From Balanoglossus misakiensis (Eukaryota; Animalia; Hemichordata), in NCBI GenBank assembly GCA_040954595.2, contig CM082581.2, positions 7,772,059-7,836,058 of the forward strand: a stretch of 64,000 bases of DNA, in the 5' to 3' direction. Made by a program: the position numbers and the translations under genes. Below the pieces are notes generated by a model, which did not search any database, was not told where the DNA came from, and saw only the letters and a program-made list of their open reading frames with translations. Positions 14,388 to 27,824 of this stretch are shown piece by piece (positions within the stretch are counted from its first letter, which is position 1; every line of letters begins with the position of its first letter).

Positions 14388-15156
14388 TAATTCAATGAGA
14401 ACAACTGCGAAAACTTGAGGAGGGTAGCAACAACAGAGTACCCATCACGCAGTCAGTTTCCAAAGCAATGCAATATGACTCACCTCACTGGCAAACATCC
14501 TCTCTGCATTGATCACTTTGACCAGTCATAGCCCCACGACAACTCCAGTTTCTTGTTCGGATCCCTGAAGCATGATGAAATTCTTTAGCTAATATCAACA
14601 TCGCCAAATGTGTACATTTTTTTAAGTCAGGGGGGGGGGGGGGGGTCAAAGAATCGATTTTGTTAGTGTGATTTTTGGTGTGTGTTTTAGCCCGTGTACT
14701 GACTACAACTTCAGCGAAATTTACAAACAAATAAGGAACATGTCGCGAGATATTTATGCCATATATGCTGGCAATATTCCTAATGTTAAAATGAAGCCTT
14801 CTTTAGTATTTTGTCATACAAATCTGTGAGTAATTTTCAGACGAACATTTTGCGTCGCGCAACATCTTCAGTCACAACTTCCGTATTCTGTGATGTTGGG
14901 AAAGCATCTGAAAAGTGACACAATGCATCTAGCCTTACCAAATTCCTCTGTTTGTCCTTGGTAGCTGTGCATCCAGGAGCGCCAATATACAAAACGGACC
15001 ATCATATTGTTTCCTGGTGTCTTATACAGAGGTGAAATTGAAATGATAAAACTTCTGCACAGCAGACGACGCGACAGACGCCATGTTTCTGATGTACGCC
15101 CTCTACCGACAGTCCGGGCGTTTCTTTTCTATGGCCTGGGTGGGCTGAGTTGGTCA

Positions 15157-15249
15157 TAGACTCGGTTACCCAGACGCCTTTGCTTCTTCCGATGCTCTCC
15201 AGAAAAGAGAGCATCGGAAGAAGCAAAGGCGTCTGGGTAACCGAGACTA
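15157..15249. mobile_element. 93-bp palindromic MITE with TAG...CTA ends and a 9-bp target-site duplication
   Basis: Perfect 39-bp arms at 15161-15199 and 15207-15245 around a 7-nt loop. The direct repeat AGTTGGTCA flanks it at 15148-15156 and 15250-15258. Confidence 0.85.
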
Positions 15250-15810
15250 AGTTGGTCAGGGTACCCGGACCAGTGAACATGCATGTGTCTCTAACGACAC
15301 ATAACTTTAGAGGCTTCGCTAGCGAAATTTGTCTTTTTGAAATGCCGCTGAGCTGTCGCATCTTCTCAGGTTTTTACGTAACTATAAATATTTTTGAGAT
15401 CGATCATATAAACCATTTCGCTTTCTCTGGTGAAACTAACGACTCGTTAAAACCCTGTTTTGACACGATTTAATATTATATGAATATATATACCTGACTT
15501 ATTGTTATTATTACATATTTCCTTAATGTGTGAAAGGCAGGATAGTTTCTGGTTTTCACTTAAAAGTACATTGGACTCAACGTATATATGCTGTCTCGGC
15601 TAATAATTGTATGAAGTAACCCCTATGATATAGGTCGACTGATGGTTGAAGGCCGGGACTCGGAGCACATAGTGTTCGTAGCCTCGTTTCTGTGTATTAT
15701 AAAGGTGTTAGTAGATTTTTTCGGCTCTTTCAAAATCACGTACCGTGCAGGATATTCTCGTCATCACTGTTGTCGCAGACACGTGGGGTGAAAAGCTTTA
15801 TTGTATGCAA

Positions 15811-15942
15811 TCTGATTAAAATCAGATGTAGGGAACGGCGACGTCTTTTACTTACGCGGTACGGTTTTCTTTGCTGTCGCCTAACACTACCGTACCGCGT
15901 AAGTAAAAGACGTCGCGTTCCCCACATCTGATTTTAATCACA
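15811..15942. repeat. ~130-bp near-perfect inverted repeat (hairpin, MITE-like)
   Basis: TGATTAAAATCAGATGT..CGACGTCTTTTACTTACGCGGTACGGT pairs with ACCGTACCGCGTAAGTAAAAGACGTCG..ACATCTGATTTTAATCA. The arms are ~55 bp and no TSD is evident. Confidence 0.85.
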
Positions 15943-16706
15943 TGGTTCATTTTCATCTGTTATCATAATGTTTTTATCAGTGACATGACAAGAGGTGTCA
16001 TACATTAAACATGTTTATTCATATTCATATTCATATTCAAAGCAAATATATATTGACAAATTTCAAAGCTTGCATGTTGTATTACAATAACTATAAATAG
16101 TCTATCTTCACTTATGTAGTCAAAATGTGGTTAAAATTACACGTACGTACATGATAGAAAGATTGAAGCTGTGTTTCGTTGTCCATGCGAGAGTTGCAAT
16201 GTGCATAATCTTTGGTTCAAGACGTCGCAGCCAGTTGCCCACATGACTTTCTCAGCTGCTGTACAAAAGCGAAATGAGAGCACCACGGCACGAGCGGTTG
16301 TCGACAGTCAGGGACAAAGTATCATTATGTTTGAGCTGTGACGCAAATTTGAATATCCCAGGTACTGTCCTGGTTAAAGGGACATTAGTTGTAATTTGTG
16401 GCTGATTTTATCAGTGTTCTGATTCCGTGTATTCTTATTCTACTACCTATTGCGTGATCAAATGTCCAATATTCCGGTTGTCAAACACAGCCATTGTTTA
16501 GCTGTCACAGACTGTACCATGAGTTCAGGAATGAATAAGCACGTGTGATACAAGGACTCTGCAGTAATGTTACTGGGGTATACGACAGATTTAAAAGTGA
16601 CTCATTTGGTGGCCTTGTTAGAGTTAATTTCGAAGCAAAATCAGTGAGGATATCCAAGTACTGGCTCTAGAAATCGAAAAAAGAGCAGCAAACTAGCTCC
16701 GCGGTG

Positions 16707-16787
16707 ACCATGGATAATATCACAAAGTCATGCGCGTGTTTGAAGTTTGAAAGATGCGCATGTCCTGTGCATGATATTATCCATGGT
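16707..16787. repeat. Short hairpin element with 16-bp terminal inverted repeats
   Basis: ACCATGGATAATATCA (16707-16722) pairs with TGATATTATCCATGGT (16772-16787). An inner CATGCGC/GCGCATG pair is present, and CGCGGTG flanks both sides. Confidence 0.65.
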
Positions 16788-17713
16788 ACGCGGTGGTGAG
16801 CTTCCTTGTCTGATAATAAAACTGTAGCCTCTTCTGTTTATGGAATGTTGCTGAGTTTTAAAGCTATAGGCTTGTTAAAATTCATACTTTATAAAAAATA
16901 TCTTGCTATATAATGTAGATATTTTTTATAATTAACGTTCTCACAATTTTTGATATCAGGCTGGCTCAAGTTCTCTGTCTTACCCACCAAACATAAACGA
17001 AGAAACTAATAAACAATAATATAAATCTAAAATTCATCAGTTGAAAACCAGGTCATCGTCGCAATGATGACACGTAAAGAAACTTTAGAAGATAATAAAT
17101 CTACCTATGGTTCTGACTATTTTCACATAGATCAGCTGTCAGCGCAAATCAAAGTGTACTCTTAGTGGCAATTGCTCATCACTTAGTTAAAAGGCTTATA
17201 AAAATAAATGGTCTCTTTGTGTGCAGTTGGCTTAAACTTCTGCAGTTTATCGATTTGTTCCCGGCTAATCACCGGCAACCTGGGTGCCTCTTGATTGTGC
17301 ATACTTTCTGATACGTGTTTATCGGCTCTCGCTTATCGATGGGAGTTTTTCAGTGCTATCTCCGAATAAGTAGGGCGGCAATCGGGGGCGTCGATGTCTA
17401 CTTGGGGGGGAGAGGAGAGATAACAAGGGGATTAATTAACGTTACATGTCCGCGATGATGTGAAAATCAACTGGCACGGACCTGTGCAAACCCGTGCTGA
17501 TGACGTCAAATGGCGTGGTCTTTCGTCGACGTGAAGGGTCCGGGAGCGTGGGAACCCGATTAACCTAACAATGGAATCTCCCCGTTACCTGGGTTTCCAG
17601 CCGATGTATTCGACCAGGAGCAAAATATCCAACTATAGCAGTGAGAGAACAGACACATTTTTTTGAGTAAACTGCAAAAGAACTTAACGAGTAAACAAGT
17701 GTGTTCAGAAACA

Positions 17714-20700
17714 CTATGGTGAAATCTCTCCACCCGATGTTTCGTTCGAGGTGTCTCTAAACCCCGGCAGAAATCTATCCCCGGACGAGGCACCTGCAAC
17801 TGCACACTTCCCGAGATGGCGAATTCTGATATTTTTCTGTTTCTTCAAGTGGCAGACGGACCGATACGTGACACCGTCGCTGCCACAAACACCACTGTCT
17901 TCATATTCGCTGCAATGCACATCGTCTGTTACACACACCGCCTCGTCCGTTTCCGTGGAGACTCGACAAAATTCGCCATCTTTACAATTTTTTAGACTGC
18001 ATGGATCTGTAAAAAAAATACAGTAAACACTCTGTTTTCAGAGGGGAACAGGATAAACAGTAGAAGCAGAAGACAACAAAACAACCAACACGGTTTCTTT
18101 TACAGTACACAGAAAGGATTTGAAAACTTATATACACTTTCATACCTTAGTAACCTACATGATCTGCGCTTACCGAGAGCATTACGGGCAATTGCAAAGG
18201 CAACTTCATAATCGGTTGGACATGTGTCTTTTGTTCGCTTGATATATATTATTCTTTTTCTATTGGTAATAAGCGTCATGAAAATGTTTGAAAAAAATAC
18301 TCACGTTTCATATCCCACGTAGAATTTTCGTTAGTTGTCAGATTTGACAGCATGAATCTCCTGTGTCTGTTCTCCAGGGTGATATTGCCGGCAGTTGTTA
18401 CAGGCCTGCTGGCGGTGCTCGTGGTCGTCGGCAATTCTGGCAACACGCAACGGAAACCAGCCACCGTCTTGCAACACTTCCTCTGCCCCGGGCACATGTA
18501 GTCGTGCTCGCACGTGTTGTGTCGCCAGAACAGCGGGCTGTACTCGGGTTGCGACGATGGACACGTGCCAGGTTTCGGAGTGGCTGTAATTGAGAAGTTA
18601 CAGGGAAAAGTGTGACGGCTGTTTTCTATCCTTTTGGCGGCTTTGTTTTGCATGTGAAATACTCAAAATGATAGACTGACAGACAGTTCACTTCCCAAAA
18701 ACACTAACAGTGCTTTGCGTATGAATGAGTGCAATTGAACGGCTAGATTGTTTCACTCCATCAACAGGTGTTTCGAGCACCCGGGTGTACGACGCTACAG
18801 GTAATAAAGCGCTTCTACCAACAGACAGCGGACAGATTTCTTTGATTGATGTTTTCACGGTAAAGCCGATGAGCTAGTAGCTCTGATAAAAGGAGCATAT
18901 ATGAGATCGCCACTATCTATGGTATGCGGATTGAATACTGCCAACTCCGAGAGACCTTGAGAGCACACTCGAAGGCACTTCAGAAAAAACGTTGTTGTCA
19001 TCCAATTTAAAACGCTAATGATCAGATTAACAAGTCTGTCAGTAAGCCCCCGCTAATGATGAGTACTACGCTATGGAAACGGTGTTGCCAAGTAGGACAA
19101 GGTATACATGTACAATGTTCAGTGTACCAGCAATGCTCGGTCGGGTACAGTAGTACTATGAGCGGCGTTCCATTTCTTTCCCGCGAGCTTCTACGTTTAT
19201 AGCGAGTTTCTCATTTAAGACTCGGGTTGCAAAACTTTCGATTTTCATGTCAGCACCAGATCCTCTGATGGTTGCAGAAGTCAATTCCAAACCCATTTTG
19301 AATGCATCCGCCTTCCTGGACGCACACAACTTGCTAAAGAGACGTGGTTCAACATGATTGCCTCGCCTCCAATTTTTAAAGCTTCATTTTAAACCAACCC
19401 AAATCCAGTTCGAATAAGTTTCTGTATTTTCATTTTAAAGAAAATCATTAAATTCGTACATTGAAATGTAACGGTGGGCAACTAGAATGACTAAAATATC
19501 ACGATTTCATCAACGTTGGTAGAAAAAGTTGACATGCCACAAAAATGGAGAAAATGTAGCCGCTGTTTGTATTGTGTAACTTCTTATTTCATGAGCGAAT
19601 GAAAATATTTTGTGAACATAACAAAGCGACGAAAATAGAAAATTATCGATTGACACGTATACAAACTTAAATAAAGATCTTATTTTTCAAGTCTTCTGCA
19701 TATTTCCATTATATGAAAATATTAAGTACGGTGCAACCGTTCCAAAAGTTCAGAAGGTGTGAAGTCCACGAACCAGGAGGAGTGAAGTACAAGGGTCATT
19801 AGGACAGTCTTTTTGTCGAGAGACATTCAATATCTCTTGAATGGCAATTGATGAGTTATTGATCATTGTGAACCAGTCATATGAAAGCAACTCGTATCAG
19901 TCGCCGCACGTAGAATAAATAAACACTTGAAAATCGCTTAATTTGATTTCAATCGATGAAGGAACAGATATTTTTTCTTTCTCTGTTTGATTGAGAACTA
20001 TGACATCTCCAAAGCTGATGACTCATATTACAATTCCCAAGTACGGATGTACAATATGAGAAAGCTGTTCCTAGTCGTACAAAGCTTAGTGCCATTTCTC
20101 GCCAGTTTTCCTCGGGCTCGTCATTAAACAAGGTCGCCTCCTAGTTCTGCTAACCGCGAACGCTTCTGGGATAATTTTCAATGGCTTAAATTTTGTTTTT
20201 TCTACTTTGGTGAGTGATGACAGAATATGGTCGACAGAATATCAAGTTGGCGGATTTCTGCCATTGATAATAAATGAGAGTCCAAAAACTACTTTAATGT
20301 GAGGTCACTCTGAAATTTTGTGGCAGAAAAAATAACAAAATGATAAAAAATGTATGCTGAAGTAATTCAGTTAAGTCTAAGGTGGTAAAAACAGCAAAAG
20401 CAATTAAATATAACAACATCGAATGCTTAAACCAGTACTTGACACGTTGTCAAGTAGGACTCCGAACCAATCAGAAACTCGAACGTGTGTCAGCAGTGAA
20501 CGATAAAAACTGTGTGCGAGACTTACCTGGTGTGGGCGACGGTCGGGGCGCACACACGGCTCCACAAACTGTAGTGCATTTGCAATACTCAGACTGACCA
20601 CAATCGCTGTCAACGTCACAAGTGACGCGGTTTGCACAAATGCGAGCGATGTGCCCCAGAACCTTGATTCGGCTGAACCTAGGCTTCGGACATTGTTCGC

Positions 20701-23700
20701 CTTCAAATTATGAGGAAAAAAACGGGAAAACAAAACTCGTCAGAATTGCACATTATATGAAAAACGCAGACATTGCCAAATGACATGAGGGCGCTCACTA
20801 ATTTGAACATAGGCCTACATCATGTTACTACTCTTAGTCTTAGTGGCAAAGTACTTCAAGAAGGCGGGGGAATCTCATTGGGCTAAATAGCCATGTTATT
20901 TTCAGATCATTTTTTTGTCATGAAATAACATCAATTTGGACCTCTGCTGGAATATCTGATTTGCTACGCTGTGGCACACACGCGAAGCTACCGCTTATCT
21001 GACAGTCTATCCTTTGTCTGGACTTATCTGTCACTGTGTACTTTGTATTTAGTAAATCTTCTATTTAATACTTCCTATCACTTCTATTTGCCCGCTTGAT
21101 TTTGGCAAATAAGAACTCTGTTCCTATTTGTTCGGACTCTTGCCTCTTTCAGCTTGTGCCGACCTTGAAACTTGTATCTTTAAATGCTGCATATTGTCAT
21201 ATACCAGCAATGTTCTGGTCATTCGTAACTGCGACCTCCGAAATCGACCTTGCCTGTGCATTTGCTGCGAAAATTCCATACACAAATGCAATATTCACTA
21301 TGTAAAATTCATACTATTTCCACTTAAATTATTTTCTCAAGTTTATTTTCATATAGGCTACTAGGAAGAATGTCAGTATATCTATACTGATGAGTTTCCA
21401 ATATTTAAATAAACAACTAAAGCAATAAGTGAGTGATTTTAAATTTAGAGTTTTTTAATAAAAATAATGTCTGCGTTCTTACGATTTCTATAATGTTTTC
21501 GTTTCTTTATATATTGTATTTGGTTGAATTGAGTGTTGAAAAGAGTCTACCCGTTTTCTCCGGGACTTTGTCATGGAAGAAAACAAACCTTACCTGGTGT
21601 TTGCAATGGTTTTGTTGTTGTTGTTGTTGTTGTCGTCGTCGTCTGCTTTTCTCTTCCATCTTCCGCTGACGTTGCCATCGTCGTCAACAATTTTGGTCTG
21701 TTGTCACTAGGCCTACAGTGTTTCCCGCACAGCGGAGGAGAAGACCTACATTGGCATCGCTCGCCGACGCCACAGTCCGAATCGTTCGAACACGTGCTCC
21801 TATGAACGCATATATTGGCCACGTGTCCAAAAATTTTAAAACGTCTTTGGTTGCTCCGCCTCGGGCAGTCTTCGTTCCTCGCTAAAATGTCGAAACAGAA
21901 TATATAGACAGTCACGACGTCAGTGAAGTATAGTCTGTGGGTTTTGGGTCAATACTGGTGGTGGTGTGCACCGTTATTATTATTATTATCATCGGTTGCG
22001 AAGTTTGTCTTTCGAGGGCATAGCCGTCAAACAATCGAGATGTCCAATTTAACCGAAGCAGGCCATAAATTCCTGAGTCTTCAGCTAATTATGTTTGATC
22101 GGTGTGTCCCCGATCGATGGTTACGGATGTTTTATCGTGGGAGCAATTGATAGCGATAATGGCTATCCACTAAGACCCAATTAAGGAGTTACAAATCCCG
22201 TGTTATATTGCAGACTGGAGCAGTATTATTCCTGATATAGGACCGGCGCGAAGGGATACTTGTAAATTTGGAGCGTTCGTATGTTTTATCCAAATGAATG
22301 TCAGAATTTGCACGAATAAGGTACGAGCGGAACCTGAATTGAAACAACAGTGCGACTGAGTATGGTGTATATGTTGAAATAAAACATAGGAAAGATTTTC
22401 TTCTGGGGCTTGTGAGCTACTAAACTACTATGGCATGGCGTTTGGAAATGGTTTGAATTGAAAGGGTGAAATGTCCACACATTTACAACAGGTATAGCAT
22501 TCACATTATTGATAAAAAAAACAATGATGGTAAGGAACTTGGATAATATTGTTTTCAATGCTGTGAATAAAAGATGATCCTTGACTTTCAGAGCAGAACA
22601 GATGATTTTTAAAATAGAGACAAGCGTTCTGTATCATTGATTTCTCCGTTTATGTGTCGATAAAATAATGCTATGTTGTGGTTCGAATGTAAAATATTCT
22701 CCGGTGCCAAAACCCAGCCAAAACATCATCTAAAATCAACTGAATTTTAGACACTTCATTTTAAATATGTATTAGAACAGAACCACTAACAAGCTGGGGC
22801 GAAATATAAATCCTGGTTTGATCCGGGTTCAAAGCTGATGATAGCTAGGTTGCTTCTCTACCCTACAGCGATTCGGGATGTCGTCGAAAAGCCTGGTGAC
22901 TGTTTTTAAACTTCACCGCATTCAAGGCCAAATGATGCATGGTCTGTTATATAATCTTAGTGCCATATCTGCCTTGCCAGATTTGGCTTATTCTGACGGG
23001 TGCATTGTCACGATTAATTTTTACCATTTATGATATCTTTCTCCCCTGACCGTCCAGTTCATTATGACCTTCTTTAGATATTACCTGGACGTACATGACA
23101 TACTGCAGAAGACTTGAGAATTCTTGATGGTGCGGGATATTTCGATGTGTGGTATGAGCATGAGAATGATATTAATTGGCTGCAGTGTATTTCATAATCA
23201 AGACGTCGCTACTGAAAACTCTACATTGTGTAAGTCTAACAGATGTGAAACGAGGGAGAGAGTTTCTTTGAGGAGAAAACTCTCTGGGCTATACTAGTAC
23301 CCCCAACAAAGTAATGGGGGAGCTTGGGTTTACCGGTGCGTCGGTCCGCCAGTGGTAAAACTCACTCAACTGTAGGCAATGCAATTTAAATCATTTTCAC
23401 AAGTTTAACAAATCTTTCACTTTGTCTCAAGATCTACATCATCGCAATATTTTTTACGACCCTCTCCAATTTATAGCATTTCTCCTCACGATAGTGTAAA
23501 TTTCAAGACGATGTTTATATAACAGAAAATTACAGTTTGATATTATTCTTACACGGCGTGAGCGACGATTGTCTTGCACTCCAGATCGTATATAGGAATG
23601 AGCGGGTTGTCTCGTTATCTATACACGGGTGATTTCGACCTAATCAATTCATCGGAATGAACCTCATCCGAACAGTTACCGTTACCTAGGCTCTCAGCTC

Positions 23701-23964
23701 TCGGCACCCAGTTAAAGGGCCGCCAGCGTGCCTTGTCAAATCGTTAACGTTGTGCCGTGTAAACAGTACGACAGAATGATAGATTGGCCCGGCCGCAGGT
23801 CGAGTAAGTTCGTGAATGAACTCCCCGTCATGATGAGCGTCACATCAGACCAGGGCACCGGGACCCGCAGATCGCACGGGTTGATAATACTCACCGGCAG
23901 CGCTGAGACACAGAAGACCGGTCAGGAATATCACTAGAACGCAAAAACTACTCGCAGATACCAT
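17714..23964 (-). CDS. Secreted cysteine-rich protein with three WAP-like domains and a follistatin (FOLN+Kazal) module, ~367 aa. Exons 23964-23895, 21881-21594, 20700-20527, 18583-18305, 18006-17714; possible extra mini-exon ending at 18174
   Basis: Signal peptide MVSASSFCVLVIFLTGLLCLSAA. All introns are phase-1 GT-AG. WAP3 reads KPGTCP..CEHDYMCPGQRKCC; the last module reads PCSLKNCKDGEFC..VCGSDGVTYRSVC..HLGKC. Linkers are Thr-rich. Confidence 0.8.
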
Positions 23965-24182
23965 CGTGGGGGAAATAAAAAGTGAACCTAAAGGGTTGAA
24001 CAGCCTCCAGAAAGACCTGAGCCAACTTCTCACTCTCGATGATGAAACCAGACCACGCCAAAGGGTTTGCAGCTATCAGCTGGACTTGCGTGTGCATGGG
24101 CCACTCACCGGCTCACAGTCGTCGTCGCGGATCGAAGATCACTTGTCTCTTAGAATGAACCAGTTTAGGCATAGATGGTCGC

Positions 24183-24190
24183 TTATATAT
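24183..24190 (-). promoter_or_regulatory. Putative TATA box of the WAP/follistatin gene
   Basis: ATATATAA on the minus strand ~220 bp upstream of the ATG at 23964, with GATA-like and CCAAT motifs just upstream. Confidence 0.4.
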
Positions 24191-27100
24191 GTAGATGGCA
24201 CTATCAGGCGCCCTGTTTTTTATCTCCTGACAAACAATGATAAGCTTCACACTTTGAGATAGAAAACGTCGTTCACAAGCCAATCCAATTCCGCCCTTTT
24301 CAAACGTGCCTTCTGACAAGCCCTACACGTCTTATGTGTACTCGTAAAATGCGTTTATTGCTGTTTTTATAGGTCTTGTATTCCGTATTCAAGGTCTGCG
24401 GAAATGTGTACGATTTGGAGAAAGTGTAAAACTCTGATTATATTTGTTTAAGGGCACAGGGTTGGACATGGATTGCATCTAATTGGGAAGGAATGGACTT
24501 GGAATATTTATCCAGACATTTCCAGTATATTCAATATTCTAATACATTTTATTAAATAACGGTTTCACGCGAAAGATATCACGCAGTTATAATAATCCAC
24601 CGGAGTTTATAGGGAAGACAGTGACGTCATGATTGGAAGGAGCGTGGCGGAAGACAGGAACGCCTTGATGAAAAGAACGGTCGTAAAAGAGGGAACAGTG
24701 TCGACAACACGGTGGGAATGACGCAAAGTGGCATGAAAACTAATCCTTTTTACGGGATGGACACTCGCTCACTTCCGAGTCAGCAAAAGCTGTTTTTGCC
24801 ATTAAGTGTATAGGTTGGCTACTGGAAATGTGAGACTCGATCCTTAAAGTTATTTTGTGGCCTAAGCGTTTGTGCCGAACTGACGACGAACTTTACTTGC
24901 CACATGGTCCAAAAACGTGGCGTGTACACGATTCTTGAATGGTCCCAACCATGTGCACGCAGGAATTTTGTGGCATTGAACTAAGCAATGTTGCCGCGCA
25001 TCTTTTTATCAGTTCGGGGATTTTCACCTCTAAAATTGGGCCATCACATGTTACCAAGCTTACAGAGTAATGTTTATCCGCTAATTATCACAAAGGAATG
25101 CAAACCGTAATTACATACATGGGAAAAAACGGAAGCTGAGTCAGCATTTTGACCATTTTCGGCCAGTTCACGAACTGTATTTCAGAGGCAAGGAATTCGA
25201 TTTTGTCAACACTCTAGATATAGAGTTTACAGTTGTTTCGAATGCATTCGCAAGCATTGGTGTAAATGTTCAATTTTGTCAAAACTCTACAGTAAACACA
25301 CGACATGCAACCCACCAATATTAGCTGTTGTGGAACAAGCTCATATTCGATCGGCTCCAATATACCTTCGAACCGTTTGTTCAAACATGGCCCCTCCACA
25401 CACCGTGGTTCAAAGTTTCTCATTTCTTCGTGAGGGATCGCCTGTGTACCTAAAGCACCAGTGAGCATCCTGTCCCAGTACCTGATCCTAGTTAAATGGA
25501 CAATTGGGGCAGATATCTGGTTACGTCTTTGTGGATGTGTCCTGGAACGTGTGAAGCTTGTAATTGAGATTATAAAATTTTATTTACATGTACTCAACTT
25601 GCTTCCTGTTCAACAGACGTGAAGCTTACAGTCCACATACCGTCTATACGACGGTGTCACGTTTTCCAAAACTTTCGACGAGACGGACTTGTATTCACAT
25701 TCCTTTCCCGTCTTCCGATCGTTGTCACCCATCTATTTGCGATGAACCCCAGATTTTCAGCAATATAACAGGGGGATACCTTTTCGGTAAAATTAAAAAA
25801 ACGTACTTATCCATCGGCTAAACGGTGTGAAACGCTAAAATGTACAAGAATGAATTACTGTGGCATAGTTTTGCAATATCTACATTTCTATCTATATATT
25901 TTGCGATCCTTACGGTCGCTGTTAATACTGATGTGGTCGTGTTATACATATATCATACAATATGACACTAGAAAACAAATCATCAAAAACGGATTTCGTC
26001 TGATAAGAGGCTGTTAGTAATACACCTAGACGGCAAAGATTTTGTGATACATGTATAAATATGTTGTCACAAACCCAGCTCTCACCAGTAATCAACACGT
26101 TAAAACAATGATTGACAGATTCGTGTTGATGTGTAGAACCTTAAAAAAAAAACAATGATCTCTGGTCTCGTCCAAAAGACAGTCAACATCCTTTCTACGT
26201 GCATGTTTGAACACAATTCAACGACGCCAAATGCAAACTTGACTGTAAACATATTCATGTCATTTAGCTTGGGAAGCAACATGTTTTTTTCCAGCTTGTG
26301 CGATGCAATCTTACTTCAAGGGCAAGACCGATAATGGTGGTAAACAATATTCTAGAAATCACCAAAGGAATTTCAATCCGATTGTTGTACGTGGCAAGGT
26401 CCACAGACCAACTCGGAAACAACGGGGCCATGGCAACACGGTCGATAACCCTGTGTCAGTAACTTGGCGTGTCAACACTCTTTCAAATGTATGATAAATG
26501 TGATGAAAGCGGCCACAGATATTAGACGTCCAGGGTATCCGTGAATTGTTCAACGAGGGCGTTGTATTGTCAGGAAGTTGTCGCCTATGTCCAAGCGTCT
26601 AGAATGTCGCTCTGCCCAAACACAAACAAGAAAAGGCAGATTTCTCATTTTAAACTTTCTTGCATCAGTTTTCATTCAGCCTGATGTCTAAGGGAAGATT
26701 TTTATTCCTGATATTCAATAGTTTCACCCTGTAGAGTTGCAAGTGAAAAAATATCTACACAGTTTTATGGTATACTTTGGTAGATACGTTTTCATGTGTA
26801 GGGCCTACTTGTCCCATTGTGAGATGAACCCCATGAAATCCCTCAGCATAGATACATGTATGTCGCACAGTGTGGGTATAGAACTGATGGATGTGGTTGG
26901 GTGTTTGAGGGCGGGCGGTGGTGTAGAATGGCCATGTTACACTGATTATCAGATAAAAATTGGTCAAACCCTTCAACGTTTTTGATAGTTTTGCATGATT
27001 GAGGGCGTGTGTAGATATCCGTTTGTTGACATCGCATTCCATAGCCTTCTGTGCAGAATTTCGAGAAATACTAGTGTTACTATTATTGTCATATATTTTA

Positions 27101-27824
27101 ACTTTCATAAAGTGCTAAAAGAGAAGGTGATATAAACTTGGGGAAACATTGCGTGGTTTAGGGCAGCTGCCCAAATAATGCCAAATGTCAGGTCTGCAAA
27201 TACTATAGTGCTTTCTGACATGAAAAGTAAACCGCGTACACACATGATGAACAGACTTCGAGAACTAATCAGAAACATGTGTTTCCGTTCGAAGTAATTT
27301 GATTGGCCAAAAAGACCAGTTATATGGTGGACGAAACCATCTTGTGATGGGAGGGGAACGGTAGGCATTCAAGAGTGAAATTGTAATCACATTTCTGGTA
27401 GTTATCATATTACATGTAATTTGTCACGCCAACATGTCTATTTCATCACAAACCTAATACTATTTCATGCAATTCGCATCATTCCACCTCTGTCTTGAAA
27501 GACGTTTAACGAATCCCACCCGTGAACGGAGGAAAGTGCATCGTTTGAAGAGCATCACGGATCTCAAAAAGTTCAGCTGGGTCGGGGTCGTGAGGCCTCC
27601 GCCAGGACCTGGCGCGGGAAGGAAGCAACCGAAATACTCGTGGTTTGCTCTTCGTTTTCTTGTTTGAACTGAATTAATATAGTTTCTGTTTTGGATAGCG
27701 ACATTATTTACCCTTCTCATCACCGATGCTGGCGTTTCCCAGCAGGAGATATTTCACGACCCGGCCGATATTTGAAGTAGTGGCATCTTCTTGTGTTTGA
27801 TGTTGACCTCGGATCTCTTTGACG

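Noticed and set aside
15002-15473. Opposite-strand ORFs sharing VTQTPLLLPMLS
   Set aside because: Artefact of the DNA palindrome at 15157-15249.
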